DNA of 63,052 nucleotides, taken from positions 1 through 63,052 of the forward strand of contig CALAJG010000197.1 in assembly GCA_937923375.1 (NCBI GenBank). Reading direction: 5' to 3'. The DNA is from an uncultured Leucothrix sp. (lineage in GTDB: Bacteria > Pseudomonadota > Gammaproteobacteria > Thiotrichales > Thiotrichaceae). Positions within the stretch are counted from its first letter, which is position 1; every line of letters begins with the position of its first letter. Shown here one piece after another: positions 44,303 through 54,640 of the stretch. A model generated the notes under the pieces. That model saw nothing but the letters and a program-made list of their open reading frames with translations, had not been told where the DNA came from and did not search any database. The position numbers and the translations under genes were made by a program.

Positions 44303-45502
44303 ATGTCTGACAATCCATCAAACACTGTTCAAACAGCCACTAAGACTGAAGCACCCGCTGTAGCCATTATTCCCGGGACAGAGATTGTTCCTGCAAAACC
44401 AATTAGCCAAGAAATCGTTGCCTATTCTCAAGCCGATATCAATGCAAAGCAAGAGCTGGATCAGATCATTCAGGAAATTGACCTGAAAGATCGCAGCAGT
44501 ATCGTTTTTTTCGGTAGTAAAGCCCAGGAACAGATGAGCACTATCTCAGAAAATATGCTGGAGGGTGTGCGAAACAAAGACTTGGGGGGCGCTAGTTCTT
44601 CCTTGAATGACATGGTTCTGGCTATCAAAGGCTTTGATGTTGACGAGCTAAATCCCAATAAGAAGCTTGGGTTTTGGGCAAGATTATTTGGTAAAGCTAA
44701 GCCAGTGGCTCAGTTTTTAAGTAAATATGACGACGTTAGAAAGCAGATAAACGATATTACTGATCACATGGAAGAGCACAAAACGCAGCTACTGACTGAT
44801 GTGATTTCGCTAGATAAACTGTACGAAGCTAATTTGGATTACTTTCATAAGCTTGAGCTTTACATTGCCGCTGGTGAAGAAAAGCTCAGAATGATGAATG
44901 AAGTAGAAATTCCTAAAATGGAACAGGAAGCCGTCAACGATAGTGAAAATATGCTCGCCGCACAGGGGTTACGCGATGTCCGGAGTGCTCGGGATGATTT
45001 GGAACGTAGGGTTCACGATTTACACCTGACTCGTCAAGTGGCTATGCAAAGTTTGCCTAGTATCAGACTTGTACAAGAAAACGATAAAACACTGATCAAT
45101 AAAATCAATTCTACCCTGATCAATACTGTACCTCTTTGGAAAAACCAATTGGCTCAGGCGGTTACTATATTTCGCATGAGTGACGCTGCTGAGACGGTAA
45201 AAAAGGCAAGTGACCTTACTAACGAATTACTTGAGTCGAATGCAACTAACCTACGTACGGCTAACGTTGAAGTTCGTAAGCAAATGGAACGTGGAGTATT
45301 CGATATCGAATCTGTGCGTAAAGCCAATCAAGAACTCATTGGCACCATCAATGATAGTTTGGAAATTGCTGAGGAAGGTCGTGCAAAACGTCAGGAAGCA
45401 GCAAAAGAACTACAAACGCTTGAAAGCGAATTACGTCAAGCATTGATGTCAGCAAAAGCCCGTAAAGAAGCTCATGACGCGGCTCCAAGCGCAGCATCTT
45501 AA
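44303..45502 (+). CDS. telA: Toxic anion resistance protein (TelA/KlaA family)
   Basis: FGSKAQ, LEGVRNKD, LERRVHDL.LTRQVAMQSLPSIRLVQEND, NTVPLWKNQLAQA; long coiled coil. Confidence 0.9.
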   Translation: MSDNPSNTVQTATKTEAPAVAIIPGTEIVPAKPISQEIVAYSQADINAKQELDQIIQEIDLKDRSSIVFFGSKAQEQMSTISENMLEGVRNKDLGGASSSLNDMVLAIKGFDVDELNPNKKLGFWARLFGKAKPVAQFLSKYDDVRKQINDITDHMEEHKTQLLTDVISLDKLYEANLDYFHKLELYIAAGEEKLRMMNEVEIPKMEQEAVNDSENMLAAQGLRDVRSARDDLERRVHDLHLTRQVAMQSLPSIRLVQENDKTLINKINSTLINTVPLWKNQLAQAVTIFRMSDAAETVKKASDLTNELLESNATNLRTANVEVRKQMERGVFDIESVRKANQELIGTINDSLEIAEEGRAKRQEAAKELQTLESELRQALMSAKARKEAHDAAPSAAS

Positions 45503-45513
45503 GGAGATCAATC

Positions 45514-46614
45514 ATGGGATTATGGGATAAAGTTTTTGGTGAGTTTGTTGATATCATCGAGTGGACAGATAACTCCTCAGACACGATGGTGTATCGTTTT
45601 GAGAGGCATGGTAATGAGATAAAGTATGGAGCGAAGCTCACGGTAAGAGAGTCACAGATAGCAGTTTTCGTTAACGAAGGCGAAATTGCTGACGTACTTC
45701 AGCCAGGTATGTATGAGTTAGAAACGCGTAACCTACCTGTTTTATCAACGCTCCAGCATTGGGATCATGGTTTTTCCAGCCCGTTTAAAGCTGAAGTGTA
45801 TTTCTTCAATACGCGCCAGTTTACAGATCTTAAATGGGGCACTAAAAACCCGATTATGATGCGTGACCCTGAGTTTGATATGGTCAGACTAAGGACATTT
45901 GGTACTTACAACGTCCGAATTACTGATCCAACTACGTTTATCAAAGAAATAATGGGCACGGATGGCCACTTCACTGTTGATGAAATTAGTGATCAGCTAA
46001 GAGATTTGATCACCTCGCGTTACGCCACTATTTTAGGCAAACTTGAAGTTCCGGTTCTGGATCTTGCTTCTAACTACGACACCTTAGGTGGTTACATTAC
46101 CGAGAAGATTGCTCCCGAATTTGACCAATATGGGCTGGAGCTTACCAAGGTATTGGTTGAAAATATCTCACTACCGCCTGAAGTTGAAAAGGCACTGGAC
46201 AAACGTACCAGCATGGGTATGGCCGGCGATCTGGACAAGTACCTTAAGTACGGTGCTGCTGAAGCAATGCAGTCTGGCAATTCGTCAACCGCATCTTCGG
46301 CCATTGAAATGGGCATCGGCTTATCAATGGCTCAGAGTATGACCGAACAACAACGGGGGCAAGCTGCTGTCGCCTCATCATCAACCCCACCACCTTTGCC
46401 GCATGAACAACAGTGGCATGTTTCGATCAATAATCAGGCGTCAGGCCCCTTTGGCTATGCGGAATTGATGGAATTAGCGAAGCAAGGCGCGTTGACAACA
46501 TCAAGTTTGGTATGGTCATCGGGTATGGAAAACTGGGAAAGCGCAGCCGAAATCAGCTACATTACTGACATTATTGGCAAAAGCCAGAGCACGCCACCAC
46601 CAATCCCAGGGTAA
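45514..46614 (+). CDS. SPFH/Band-7 (YdjI-like) protein with C-terminal GYF_2 domain
   Basis: DIIEW, GAKLTVRESQ.AVFV.EG, SPFKAEVYF, KWGTKNP, ENISLPPEV; WHVSINNQASGPF...LVWSSGMENW flanked by PPPLP and PPPIP. Confidence 0.88.
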   Translation: MGLWDKVFGEFVDIIEWTDNSSDTMVYRFERHGNEIKYGAKLTVRESQIAVFVNEGEIADVLQPGMYELETRNLPVLSTLQHWDHGFSSPFKAEVYFFNTRQFTDLKWGTKNPIMMRDPEFDMVRLRTFGTYNVRITDPTTFIKEIMGTDGHFTVDEISDQLRDLITSRYATILGKLEVPVLDLASNYDTLGGYITEKIAPEFDQYGLELTKVLVENISLPPEVEKALDKRTSMGMAGDLDKYLKYGAAEAMQSGNSSTASSAIEMGIGLSMAQSMTEQQRGQAAVASSSTPPPLPHEQQWHVSINNQASGPFGYAELMELAKQGALTTSSLVWSSGMENWESAAEISYITDIIGKSQSTPPPIPG

Positions 46615-46626
46615 CTGTTTCACAAC

Positions 46627-47832
46627 ATGAAGAATAGTCAATCACACTTTCCTTGTGAACGTTGTGGCTCGGATTTGGTTTATGCGCCCGAACACCAGTC
46701 ACTCCAGTGTGACCACTGTGGTTTTCAAAATGAAGTGCCTATCACCCTCACGCCCATTCGTGAGTATGATTTAAAACAAGCGCTCCAAGAATTAGACGAA
46801 TTGCGTCGATCCGGCAAACTTAAGCAGGTCGACGTCATTAGATGTCCTTCCTGTGCCGCGCGCTTTAGCCTAAAAGAAAACGAGCATGCTGGCGGATGTC
46901 CATTTTGTGGGACGCCAGTTATCACGGGTACTGAGCAATCGCGACCGATACGGCCCCGCTCTCTGCTACCCTTTTCGGTAAGTCATGACCAAGCACTAGA
47001 CATCTTCGACCAGTGGATGAAGTCACGTTGGTTCGCACCTTCATCATTAAACTCAAGAGCGAAACGTAATGACAAGCTGACCGGTGTCTACTTGCCTTAC
47101 TGGACCTATGATAGTGATACGCAAACTTACTACCAAGGTCAAAGAGGTACCATTTACTATGAACGCCAGATAGTCAATGCGCGGGTTAATGGGCGTAATG
47201 TCCGGCAAGTTCGGCAAGTAGCTCGCATTCGTTGGAGTCCAGCCTCGGGGCAGGTGAGTCGACACTTCGATGATGTACTGATAGGTGCTAGTAAAACCCT
47301 TCCACGCACCATTATTGATAACTTAGCTCCATGGGATCTCAACAACCTCGTACCCTACTCTGAGGCCTTTCTCAGTGGATTTCGCAGTGAAATTTACCAG
47401 ATCACCGTTGATGAAGGTTTTCTTCGCGCTCAGCAAATAATGGACTATACGATTCGTAATGATATACGGCGGAATATTGGTGGAGACCAACAGCGTATTA
47501 ATCACCTTTCAACAGCGCACGATAAGACAACTTATAAACACCTGCTACTACCAATATGGTCTGCTGCTTTCCAATACCGCAATAAAACTTACCGCTATGT
47601 TATCAATGGACGGACGGGAAAAATTCATGGCGAAAGGCCCTACAGCTTTGTCAAAATAGCCTCTGCTGTAGCATTAGCAGCGAGTGTAGCGGGTGGAGGT
47701 GCCTATGTAGTTGATCAAAACGGCGGATTTGACAACATCAACATTCAGTATTCTCCAGGCTATCAGTTCCCTGATAATCGACAATATTATCCCGACTTTG
47801 GCAATTTGCCACAGCAAATACCTCGCTTTTAA
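46627..47832 (+). CDS. Double zinc-ribbon membrane protein (YdjG-like; often mis-annotated as primosomal protein N')
   Basis: CERC/CDHC and CPSC/CPFC pairs, GVYLPYWTYD, LLLPIW, INGRTGKIHGERP, C-terminal TM. Confidence 0.82.
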   Translation: MKNSQSHFPCERCGSDLVYAPEHQSLQCDHCGFQNEVPITLTPIREYDLKQALQELDELRRSGKLKQVDVIRCPSCAARFSLKENEHAGGCPFCGTPVITGTEQSRPIRPRSLLPFSVSHDQALDIFDQWMKSRWFAPSSLNSRAKRNDKLTGVYLPYWTYDSDTQTYYQGQRGTIYYERQIVNARVNGRNVRQVRQVARIRWSPASGQVSRHFDDVLIGASKTLPRTIIDNLAPWDLNNLVPYSEAFLSGFRSEIYQITVDEGFLRAQQIMDYTIRNDIRRNIGGDQQRINHLSTAHDKTTYKHLLLPIWSAAFQYRNKTYRYVINGRTGKIHGERPYSFVKIASAVALAASVAGGGAYVVDQNGGFDNINIQYSPGYQFPDNRQYYPDFGNLPQQIPRF

Positions 47833-47934
47833 TTATTCTATTAATAATTCTTTAGATTTCTGAAAATAGTTGTCAAGATTGTTATTATCAATAGGCTTTG
47901 TTATCTTGATTAATCTTCATAAAAACAACTCTCA

Positions 47935-50130
47935 TTGCCGGTGGATAGATTGAATAAAAAGAACCTCTGGATATTTATTGGGAGCATCTTCCCTTTTACC
48001 GCACAGGCCTATACCGACCCTCCGGTCTGCGTGGCTCATGAACAAACTAAGCTTGCGAATACCATTACTGACTCACCAACATTGGATGCCGTGTACCTAG
48101 AAGCAGATAGTGGCAGCATCAATAGGCAAGGACTGTCTGAGTTGGAAGGCGACGTCATTATCCAGCGTAATCAGCAGCGCCTCAATGCAAATAGAGCCAG
48201 TTTTGATGGTAAAAAGAATCAAGTTAAAGCTGATGGCAATGTCATACTCAGCACCGATACTACTGCTTTTAAAAGTGATAGCATTGACTACGATATGGCA
48301 AATCAACGTGGCATTATTAACAATGCAAAATATCAGGTCAAGGGCTCACACACTAATGGCACAAGTAGTCGTATAGAGCAGAAGAGTCGTGATGAGCTCT
48401 CGCTGGAAAACGCCACTTACACAACCTGTCCTGCACCTGACCCTAGTTGGCACATCGCCTCACGAAGCATCAATATCAACCAAGCAACGCAGGTCGGAAC
48501 CGCTCAGGATGTCACCTTACGCGTTGGCAACGTACCAATTCTTTATCTTCCATGGATTAGCTTTCCGTTAGACAACCCATTCACTGGGAAAACTCAGCGA
48601 AAGACTGGTTTTCTGGTCCCAGAAGTGGGGGTTAGTGATCAGTCAGGCTATGAAATTACAGTCCCGTATTACATTAATTTAGCGCCTAATTATGATGCAA
48701 CCATCTACGTAACTCCTCTTTCAGAGCGGGGCTTAAGAGTAAAAACAATTGGTCGTTTTATTACGGAGAAAAGTCGCGGTGAATTGGACTATAGCTTTAT
48801 CCCGAGTGACAATGCGCTCAACGATGAATGGCGAGATTACTTTAAGCTAATTTATCAACGTAATCTGGATCATCGCCGCACTCTCACAATCAAAGCAGAA
48901 GGGGTATCTGATAACGAGTATCTCGATGACTTGAGTGATTCACTATCAACCTCTTCTACTTCTGCATTAGAACGAACAATTCGTTATGACGTTGGTAGCA
49001 AAAACTGGGATTTCAGTCTAACCGCATTGGATTATCAAGTACTAGACGCTACGGCCCAGCCCTATGCAAAACTCCCAGAGCTAACCTTTAATTATCAATC
49101 CCCCCATGTATATAATGGGCTCGATTTAACGCTAAATGCCGAGGCTACTTACTTTGAGGGCTCTGCAAATCCCACTGGGTTGAGGCTTGATGTTGGTCTG
49201 AAAGCCAGTAAGCGATATGGCAACGATTCTTGGTATGTGAAGCCTTCAGTTAATTATCAGGCAACCCAGTATTCACTACAGAACAGTACAGCGGGCAACA
49301 GCTTGAGTCGTGCTTTACCCACCTTTACGATAGACAGCGGTTTGCTCTTTGAACGGAACTTGAACTATCAGTTACAACAAACGCTTGAACCCCGGCTTTT
49401 CTATACTTACACACCGTACAAAGATCAGAGTAATATTCCTATCTTTGACACTGCAAGAACTGACTTTTCAATAAGCAATCAGTTGTTTGAATCTAACCGC
49501 TTTACGGGCAAGGATCGAATTGCCGATGCTAATCAGCTAACGCTATCGCTAACTAGCCGTGTGCAGAACCCTAAGACAGGTAGTGAGGTACTTGAAGCTA
49601 GCGTAGGGCAAATATTTTACTTCGACGATCGTAAAGTCACGCTTCCCGGAGACAACGCGCTAACCAATAAAAGCTCAGAGTTTGCTTTTGAACTAAACAC
49701 CAATATAAACAAGCATACTCGTTTTTCAACGACTGCATTTTGGGACCCAAATACTTCTGATTGGGCGTCAACCGAAGCACGTATTAACTATTTAGACGAT
49801 AAACAACGTATTCTGAATATTAATTATCAGAAAATCCCCGGTCAACTATCTGAAATTGACACTTCATTTTCATTACCGATTAATAAAAAATGGAGCTTGG
49901 TAGGGAAACTAGACTATGATTTGTATAACGACAGAGTGTTAGAGCAGCTTGCTGGCATCGCATTTGAAGACTGTTGCCTGGCATCACGTTTGGTTGCACG
50001 ACGCTACCTGACCACCGATAATGTCAGTTATGATGACGCACTATATTTTGAATTTAATCTCAAAGGCCTCGGCAGCATTAACACCGGCGTAAACGCTATT
50101 CTCAAGGAAAACATTTATGGATATGAATAA
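47935..50130 (+). CDS. lptD: LPS assembly protein LptD
   Basis: ATYTTCP, RKTGFL.P, PYYINLAPNYD, QTLEPRLFY, NRFTGKDRI.DANQ, DCC, LKGLG; start uncertain. Confidence 0.95.
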   Translation: MPVDRLNKKNLWIFIGSIFPFTAQAYTDPPVCVAHEQTKLANTITDSPTLDAVYLEADSGSINRQGLSELEGDVIIQRNQQRLNANRASFDGKKNQVKADGNVILSTDTTAFKSDSIDYDMANQRGIINNAKYQVKGSHTNGTSSRIEQKSRDELSLENATYTTCPAPDPSWHIASRSININQATQVGTAQDVTLRVGNVPILYLPWISFPLDNPFTGKTQRKTGFLVPEVGVSDQSGYEITVPYYINLAPNYDATIYVTPLSERGLRVKTIGRFITEKSRGELDYSFIPSDNALNDEWRDYFKLIYQRNLDHRRTLTIKAEGVSDNEYLDDLSDSLSTSSTSALERTIRYDVGSKNWDFSLTALDYQVLDATAQPYAKLPELTFNYQSPHVYNGLDLTLNAEATYFEGSANPTGLRLDVGLKASKRYGNDSWYVKPSVNYQATQYSLQNSTAGNSLSRALPTFTIDSGLLFERNLNYQLQQTLEPRLFYTYTPYKDQSNIPIFDTARTDFSISNQLFESNRFTGKDRIADANQLTLSLTSRVQNPKTGSEVLEASVGQIFYFDDRKVTLPGDNALTNKSSEFAFELNTNINKHTRFSTTAFWDPNTSDWASTEARINYLDDKQRILNINYQKIPGQLSEIDTSFSLPINKKWSLVGKLDYDLYNDRVLEQLAGIAFEDCCLASRLVARRYLTTDNVSYDDALYFEFNLKGLGSINTGVNAILKENIYGYE

Positions 50131-51394
50131 AACCATGGCCCAATTAAGACAAACAGCAAGCGCTATAGTTTGGATCGTTGTTACGTTGCTGAGCGGTTTT
50201 ACTACAGCAAATGCAACTGACTCATCACTTGATCGTGTAGTTGCCGTGGTTAACAAAGATATTATTCTGCAAAGCGAAGTTCAACAAGTAGCTCGCCGAC
50301 TACAAGTGTCTGGCAATGCTGAAACCAACACTAAATTACTAAATCAGCAAGCCTTGGACAGTCTTATTTCTGAGAAACTACAGTTACAGGCCGCTAAAAG
50401 AGTCGGCATTAATCCTGATGATGCTAGCCTGGATAAAGCCGTCAACAGCGTCGCAGCACGTAATAAGTTGAGCCTGGAGCAATTCAAACAAGCGTTAAAA
50501 AATCAGGGTATTGATTTTCAGGGCTTCCGTAAAACGATAGCCTCCCAGCTAATCATCAATAGTTTAAAACAGCGTAGGTCATCCCAAAATTCTGAAGTAA
50601 CGGCTCAGGAAGTTAATGACTTAATTACCTCCGAAGCTAGACAAATAACTGCAAAGCGCAGCTACCATGTTCAGGATATATTGATCCCTGCGCCAGATTC
50701 AGTTGATATCGCTCGCTTTAATCGAGCCAGACAAAATGCCGTTCAGCTCAGAAACGCTGCTTTGAACAGTAGTGACTTTATGAAAACCAGTATTGCAAAT
50801 AGCAAAGCAACTGATCTTGGCTGGAGACCATCTGAGAGTTTTTCATTTGCTTACTTAGCAGAACTGACCAAGCTTGAACCCGGACAGATATCAGATGTAA
50901 TTTCGGATGCTCGTGGTTTTCATGTGCTGAAACTGGTGGCCCAGCGTGGCAGTAAAGAGCTCAAATCACAACAAGTCAGGGTTCGTCATATTCTTGTGGC
51001 AAGTAGTGAGCCAAATGCCAGTAGTAAGATAGCCTCGCTGAGACAGCAGCTGGTTCAGGGGGCTGACTTTGGCGTGTTGGCCAAATCAAATTCGGACGAT
51101 ACAGGAAGTGCAATTAACAGTGGAGACCTTGGCTGGAGTGATTCTAAGCGCTATGTTGCGGAGTTCGCCAAAGCCGCTGAAACATTGCCATTAAAAACGT
51201 TGAGCCCGGTGATAAAAACAAAATTTGGTTATCACGTTCTGGAAGTATTAGATCGACGTGAAATCGATGCGAGTCGTCAAGCACTGGAAACTCAAGCTCG
51301 GAAGATGATTCTCACAAAAAAACAGGAACAAGACTACGAGACTTGGGTACAAGGCTTGCGCAGCAGTGCTTTTATTGAATATAAGAAGCCGTAA
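50117..51394 (+). CDS. surA: Periplasmic chaperone/PPIase SurA
   Basis: LDRVVAVVNKDIIL.SE, parvulin motifs RHILV...SDD.GS...GDLGW, FGYHVL; lies between lptD and pdxA. Confidence 0.93.
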   Translation: MDMNKTMAQLRQTASAIVWIVVTLLSGFTTANATDSSLDRVVAVVNKDIILQSEVQQVARRLQVSGNAETNTKLLNQQALDSLISEKLQLQAAKRVGINPDDASLDKAVNSVAARNKLSLEQFKQALKNQGIDFQGFRKTIASQLIINSLKQRRSSQNSEVTAQEVNDLITSEARQITAKRSYHVQDILIPAPDSVDIARFNRARQNAVQLRNAALNSSDFMKTSIANSKATDLGWRPSESFSFAYLAELTKLEPGQISDVISDARGFHVLKLVAQRGSKELKSQQVRVRHILVASSEPNASSKIASLRQQLVQGADFGVLAKSNSDDTGSAINSGDLGWSDSKRYVAEFAKAAETLPLKTLSPVIKTKFGYHVLEVLDRREIDASRQALETQARKMILTKKQEQDYETWVQGLRSSAFIEYKKP

Positions 51395-51397
51395 ATT

Positions 51398-52405
51398 ATG
51401 AAGCCACGATTGGCTATCTGCTGTGGTGAACCAGCAGGTATTGGTATCGATCTTCTCCTGACAGTTGCACTTCATAAGTTTGATGCTGACTGTATTGTGA
51501 TAGCCGATTCAACGGTAATTAAGGATAGAGCTGCTCAACTCGAAGTAGACATCGACTTGGTTTGTTACCAAAAGAATATACCCTTGGGTTCAATTTCGAC
51601 TGGCCAGCTCATAATTCTCGACATCAAATGCCGTGAAGCCGTTGAGCCAGGCCTGCTGAACAAGGCTAACGCCGCTTATGTCCTCAAAACGCTCGATAGA
51701 GCAACAGAAGGCTGCCAAAATGGCGAATTTGACGCTATGGTTACCCTACCACTGCATAAAGGGGTAATTAACGACTCAGGCATTCCATTTAGCGGTCATA
51801 CCGAGTACCTGGCAGAACTGACTGGCTCAAAGATGCCTGTGATGATGCTCGCTGCCGATACATTCCGGGTGGCTCTTGCCTCAACACATTTGCCACTAAA
51901 AGATGTGAGCTCAGCGATTACCAAACAATCGCTAATCGATGTGTTGACGGTGTTGCATAAGGACTTGCAGGAAAAGTTTGCACTGGATAATCCCAAAATT
52001 TATATCTGTGGTTTGAATCCACATGCCGGAGAAGGTGGCCATCTGGGTATGGAAGAAATTAATACCATCATTCCCGTCGTGAAAACACTGACAGCCTCCG
52101 GGATGAATTTGGTTGGGCCATTACCAGCGGATACTTTATTTACTGAAAAATACCTGAAAGATGCAGACGCAGTATTAGCGATGTTTCATGACCAGGGGCT
52201 GCCAGTGCTAAAGCATGCTAGCTTTGGCCGTGCTATCAATATCACTCTAGGTCTGCCCATTATTCGCACCTCAGTTGACCACGGCACAGCACTTGACTTA
52301 GCAGGCAAAGGAAGCGCCGACTCAGGGAGTTTTAAAGCTGCTATAGAAAGTGCAATTCAACTAAGTAAAAGTAAGGCAAATTCTAAAATGTCTGATAATA
52401 ACTAG
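51398..52405 (+). CDS. pdxA: 4-hydroxythreonine-4-phosphate dehydrogenase
   Basis: GEPAGIG, FSGHTEYL, GLNPHAGE, PADTLF, HDQGL, RTSVDHGTA. Confidence 0.97.
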   Translation: MKPRLAICCGEPAGIGIDLLLTVALHKFDADCIVIADSTVIKDRAAQLEVDIDLVCYQKNIPLGSISTGQLIILDIKCREAVEPGLLNKANAAYVLKTLDRATEGCQNGEFDAMVTLPLHKGVINDSGIPFSGHTEYLAELTGSKMPVMMLAADTFRVALASTHLPLKDVSSAITKQSLIDVLTVLHKDLQEKFALDNPKIYICGLNPHAGEGGHLGMEEINTIIPVVKTLTASGMNLVGPLPADTLFTEKYLKDADAVLAMFHDQGLPVLKHASFGRAINITLGLPIIRTSVDHGTALDLAGKGSADSGSFKAAIESAIQLSKSKANSKMSDNN

Positions 52406-53115
52406 AGCGGTATTGTTCTGGAAAACGCATTCAGTAATTTATCGTGTTGTTTGTAATTGGCATCACAGTCTGCAACCAAATCCCAAAAGCGCCTGGAGTG
52501 GTTCATTTCGATGGTATGACAAAGTTCGTGTATTAAAACATAATCCACAACCGCTGCTTCGAGAAACAGTAGTTTATAATTCAAATTAATATTTTTTTGA
52601 CTTGAACAGCTGCCCCAACGCGTCTTCTGCCCTCTGATTGTCACACGATTAAAATGAAAACCATGGCGCTCTGCTAAGTTTTCCAAACGTTTTGGGATGA
52701 CCTGCTCAGCTTTATGTTTTAACCATTTTCCGAGGACTTTGCGAAGTAAATCTGCATCATCAACCCGACCACTGCAATCAAGCTTATAATCGCCGTTTAC
52801 CCTAAGTTTCAAAGTCTGGGACTTTGCATCAGGTAAGTATGCAAGATTCCAGCTTTCATCAAGGTATAAAAGATTAAGCTGCTCTGGTTTGGTAAATTGA
52901 CAGGCCTGCGAATTTAACTCTTTGAGCTTTGCTTCAATCCATCCAGACTGGCTAACCACAAAAGCTTCGACATCGCTCAAAGAAACCCCTCTCGGAACGA
53001 CTACATTTAGCGTTCCTGTATGAGATAGTTTTAGGCGCAAATAACGTGCCCTATTAGAATGAGTGATTTCGCAAGGGTAACTTTGATTCGTAAGCTGCAC
53101 TAATAACTGTGCCAA
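52402..53115 (-). CDS. YgjP/DUF45 (M48-like) metalloprotein
   Basis: QKTRWGSCS, DYVLIHELCH..EMNHSRRFW. Confidence 0.9.
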   Translation of the reverse strand: MAQLLVQLTNQSYPCEITHSNRARYLRLKLSHTGTLNVVVPRGVSLSDVEAFVVSQSGWIEAKLKELNSQACQFTKPEQLNLLYLDESWNLAYLPDAKSQTLKLRVNGDYKLDCSGRVDDADLLRKVLGKWLKHKAEQVIPKRLENLAERHGFHFNRVTIRGQKTRWGSCSSQKNINLNYKLLFLEAAVVDYVLIHELCHTIEMNHSRRFWDLVADCDANYKQHDKLLNAFSRTIPL

Positions 53116-53133
53116 TAGGACTTCCCTAAGAGA

Positions 53134-54192
53134 CTAGTCTTCACGAGCCCGACGGGGCCATGAATTCATTACGGAATGTACAAGGGTCGCTAAAGGAATT
53201 GCAAAAAATACGCCCCATACACCCCAGAGACCACCAAAAAACAATACCGACATAATAATTGCGGCTGGGTGCAAATTAACCATTTCAGAAAATAGCAGTG
53301 GTACTAAGAGGTTACCATCCAAAAACTGAATGACCGCATAAGCAATCAACACATAAACCGTTTCGTAACTGTACCCCCACTGGAAGTAGGCGACGATTGC
53401 AACCGGTAAGGTAACGGCTACTGCCCCCACATAGGGAATTAATACCGATACGCCAACGGCAAATGACAGGAGCAACGCATAGTTAAGTCCGAATATCAGA
53501 AAGGTGATGTAAGAGATCACCCAAATAATCAGGATCTCCATAAATTTACCACGAACATAACCTGTAATTTTTCCGTTTACTTCCATCCAAACGGTCGCTA
53601 CCAGAGCACGATCCCGAGGCAGAAAGCTTCGGAACCAAGAAATGATCAACGACTTATCTTTGAGAAAGAAAAACACTAACAGTGGCACAACAACCAAATA
53701 AACCAAAAACGAAAACACATCTACTGCCGATGCCAGTGAAAGGCTTACAAACTTTTGAGATGAGTCGGTAATGTTGCTTTTGATACTGGTTAGAATTTCA
53801 GCGATAAACTCCTGTGAGATAATTGTAGGGTATTTTTCTGGAAGCATCATTATGACACTTTGTCCCTCCGCCAGCATTCTTGGTATTTCAAGCATAAACT
53901 GCGTTGTTTGCTTAAACATTAAGGGAGCCAGAATGAACATTACAATCAACAAGAACAGCATAAACAGACTAAACGTAAGCACCATAGCTATAAACTGCGG
54001 TATTTTAAATCGCCTGAGGAAAACGACAGCACCGTCGAGAAGGTAGGCAATTATTACAGCCGCAAACAATGGCGCCAGCAAGTTTCCGGCAAAATATACA
54101 ACACCAAATCCGAGCAAAAGCAGAAATGCCAGAATAGCAACTTGCGGGTCGGAAAAGTGACGTGTGTACCAATCATTGATCAGTTTAATCAT
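53134..54192 (-). CDS. AI-2E family transporter (PerM-like)
   Basis: FSDPQ, FFFLKDK, YVRGK, LIPYVG, QFLDGNLLVPLLFSE.VNLHP, GGLWG..GVFFAIP. Confidence 0.9.
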   Translation of the reverse strand: MIKLINDWYTRHFSDPQVAILAFLLLLGFGVVYFAGNLLAPLFAAVIIAYLLDGAVVFLRRFKIPQFIAMVLTFSLFMLFLLIVMFILAPLMFKQTTQFMLEIPRMLAEGQSVIMMLPEKYPTIISQEFIAEILTSIKSNITDSSQKFVSLSLASAVDVFSFLVYLVVVPLLVFFFLKDKSLIISWFRSFLPRDRALVATVWMEVNGKITGYVRGKFMEILIIWVISYITFLIFGLNYALLLSFAVGVSVLIPYVGAVAVTLPVAIVAYFQWGYSYETVYVLIAYAVIQFLDGNLLVPLLFSEMVNLHPAAIIMSVLFFGGLWGVWGVFFAIPLATLVHSVMNSWPRRARED

Positions 54193-54557
54193 TTAGTATC
54201 ATTCTGATAGTTTTTATGAAATTGCCTGAATAGCAACTCTAGTTCGTCAATAACGTCAACGGCAGCCCTGCCCTTCAGTATATGTTCACTCATTAGTGCG
54301 GAGCATTGATGAAGTAGTTCCACATCTTGCAACATTGGGTAGGATAAAGATAATCGTTTTATGGCTTTAGGTATACTCTCATCCACCGGACGAGGCAATA
54401 ATTCTGGCGTTTGGTTAATTTTCGTCGGATTATTATCAGATTCACTTCTGGAAGAAAGAAATTCCGCAAATGACAGAAGGAATTTTTGATCATCAACGGA
54501 TAGATCATTAAAACGATTAAGCAATAATTTTTGATCACTGCTTAAGTTGACACCCAT
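54189..54557 (-). CDS. Conserved hypothetical protein
   Basis: LLSFAEFL, PRP..ES...AIKRL..SYPML, GRAA.DVIDELE..F; translationally coupled to the transporter gene. Confidence 0.7.
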   Translation of the reverse strand: MGVNLSSDQKLLLNRFNDLSVDDQKFLLSFAEFLSSRSESDNNPTKINQTPELLPRPVDESIPKAIKRLSLSYPMLQDVELLHQCSALMSEHILKGRAAVDVIDELELLFRQFHKNYQNDTK

Positions 54558-54640
54558 AACTTTTCTCTATAAATCCATTAACTCATCCTTGAGTTGGTAA
54601 TTTACATTGAAAGCATGGGTGTTGTCACCCGCTCAGCGAT

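Noticed and set aside
46627-47832. PriA/helicase call for the zinc-ribbon protein
   Set aside because: No Walker A or DExH motifs; only CxxC pairs and a C-terminal TM.
50650-50945. Degenerate first parvulin domain of SurA
   Set aside because: The first SurA PPIase domain is known to be catalytically inactive and variable.
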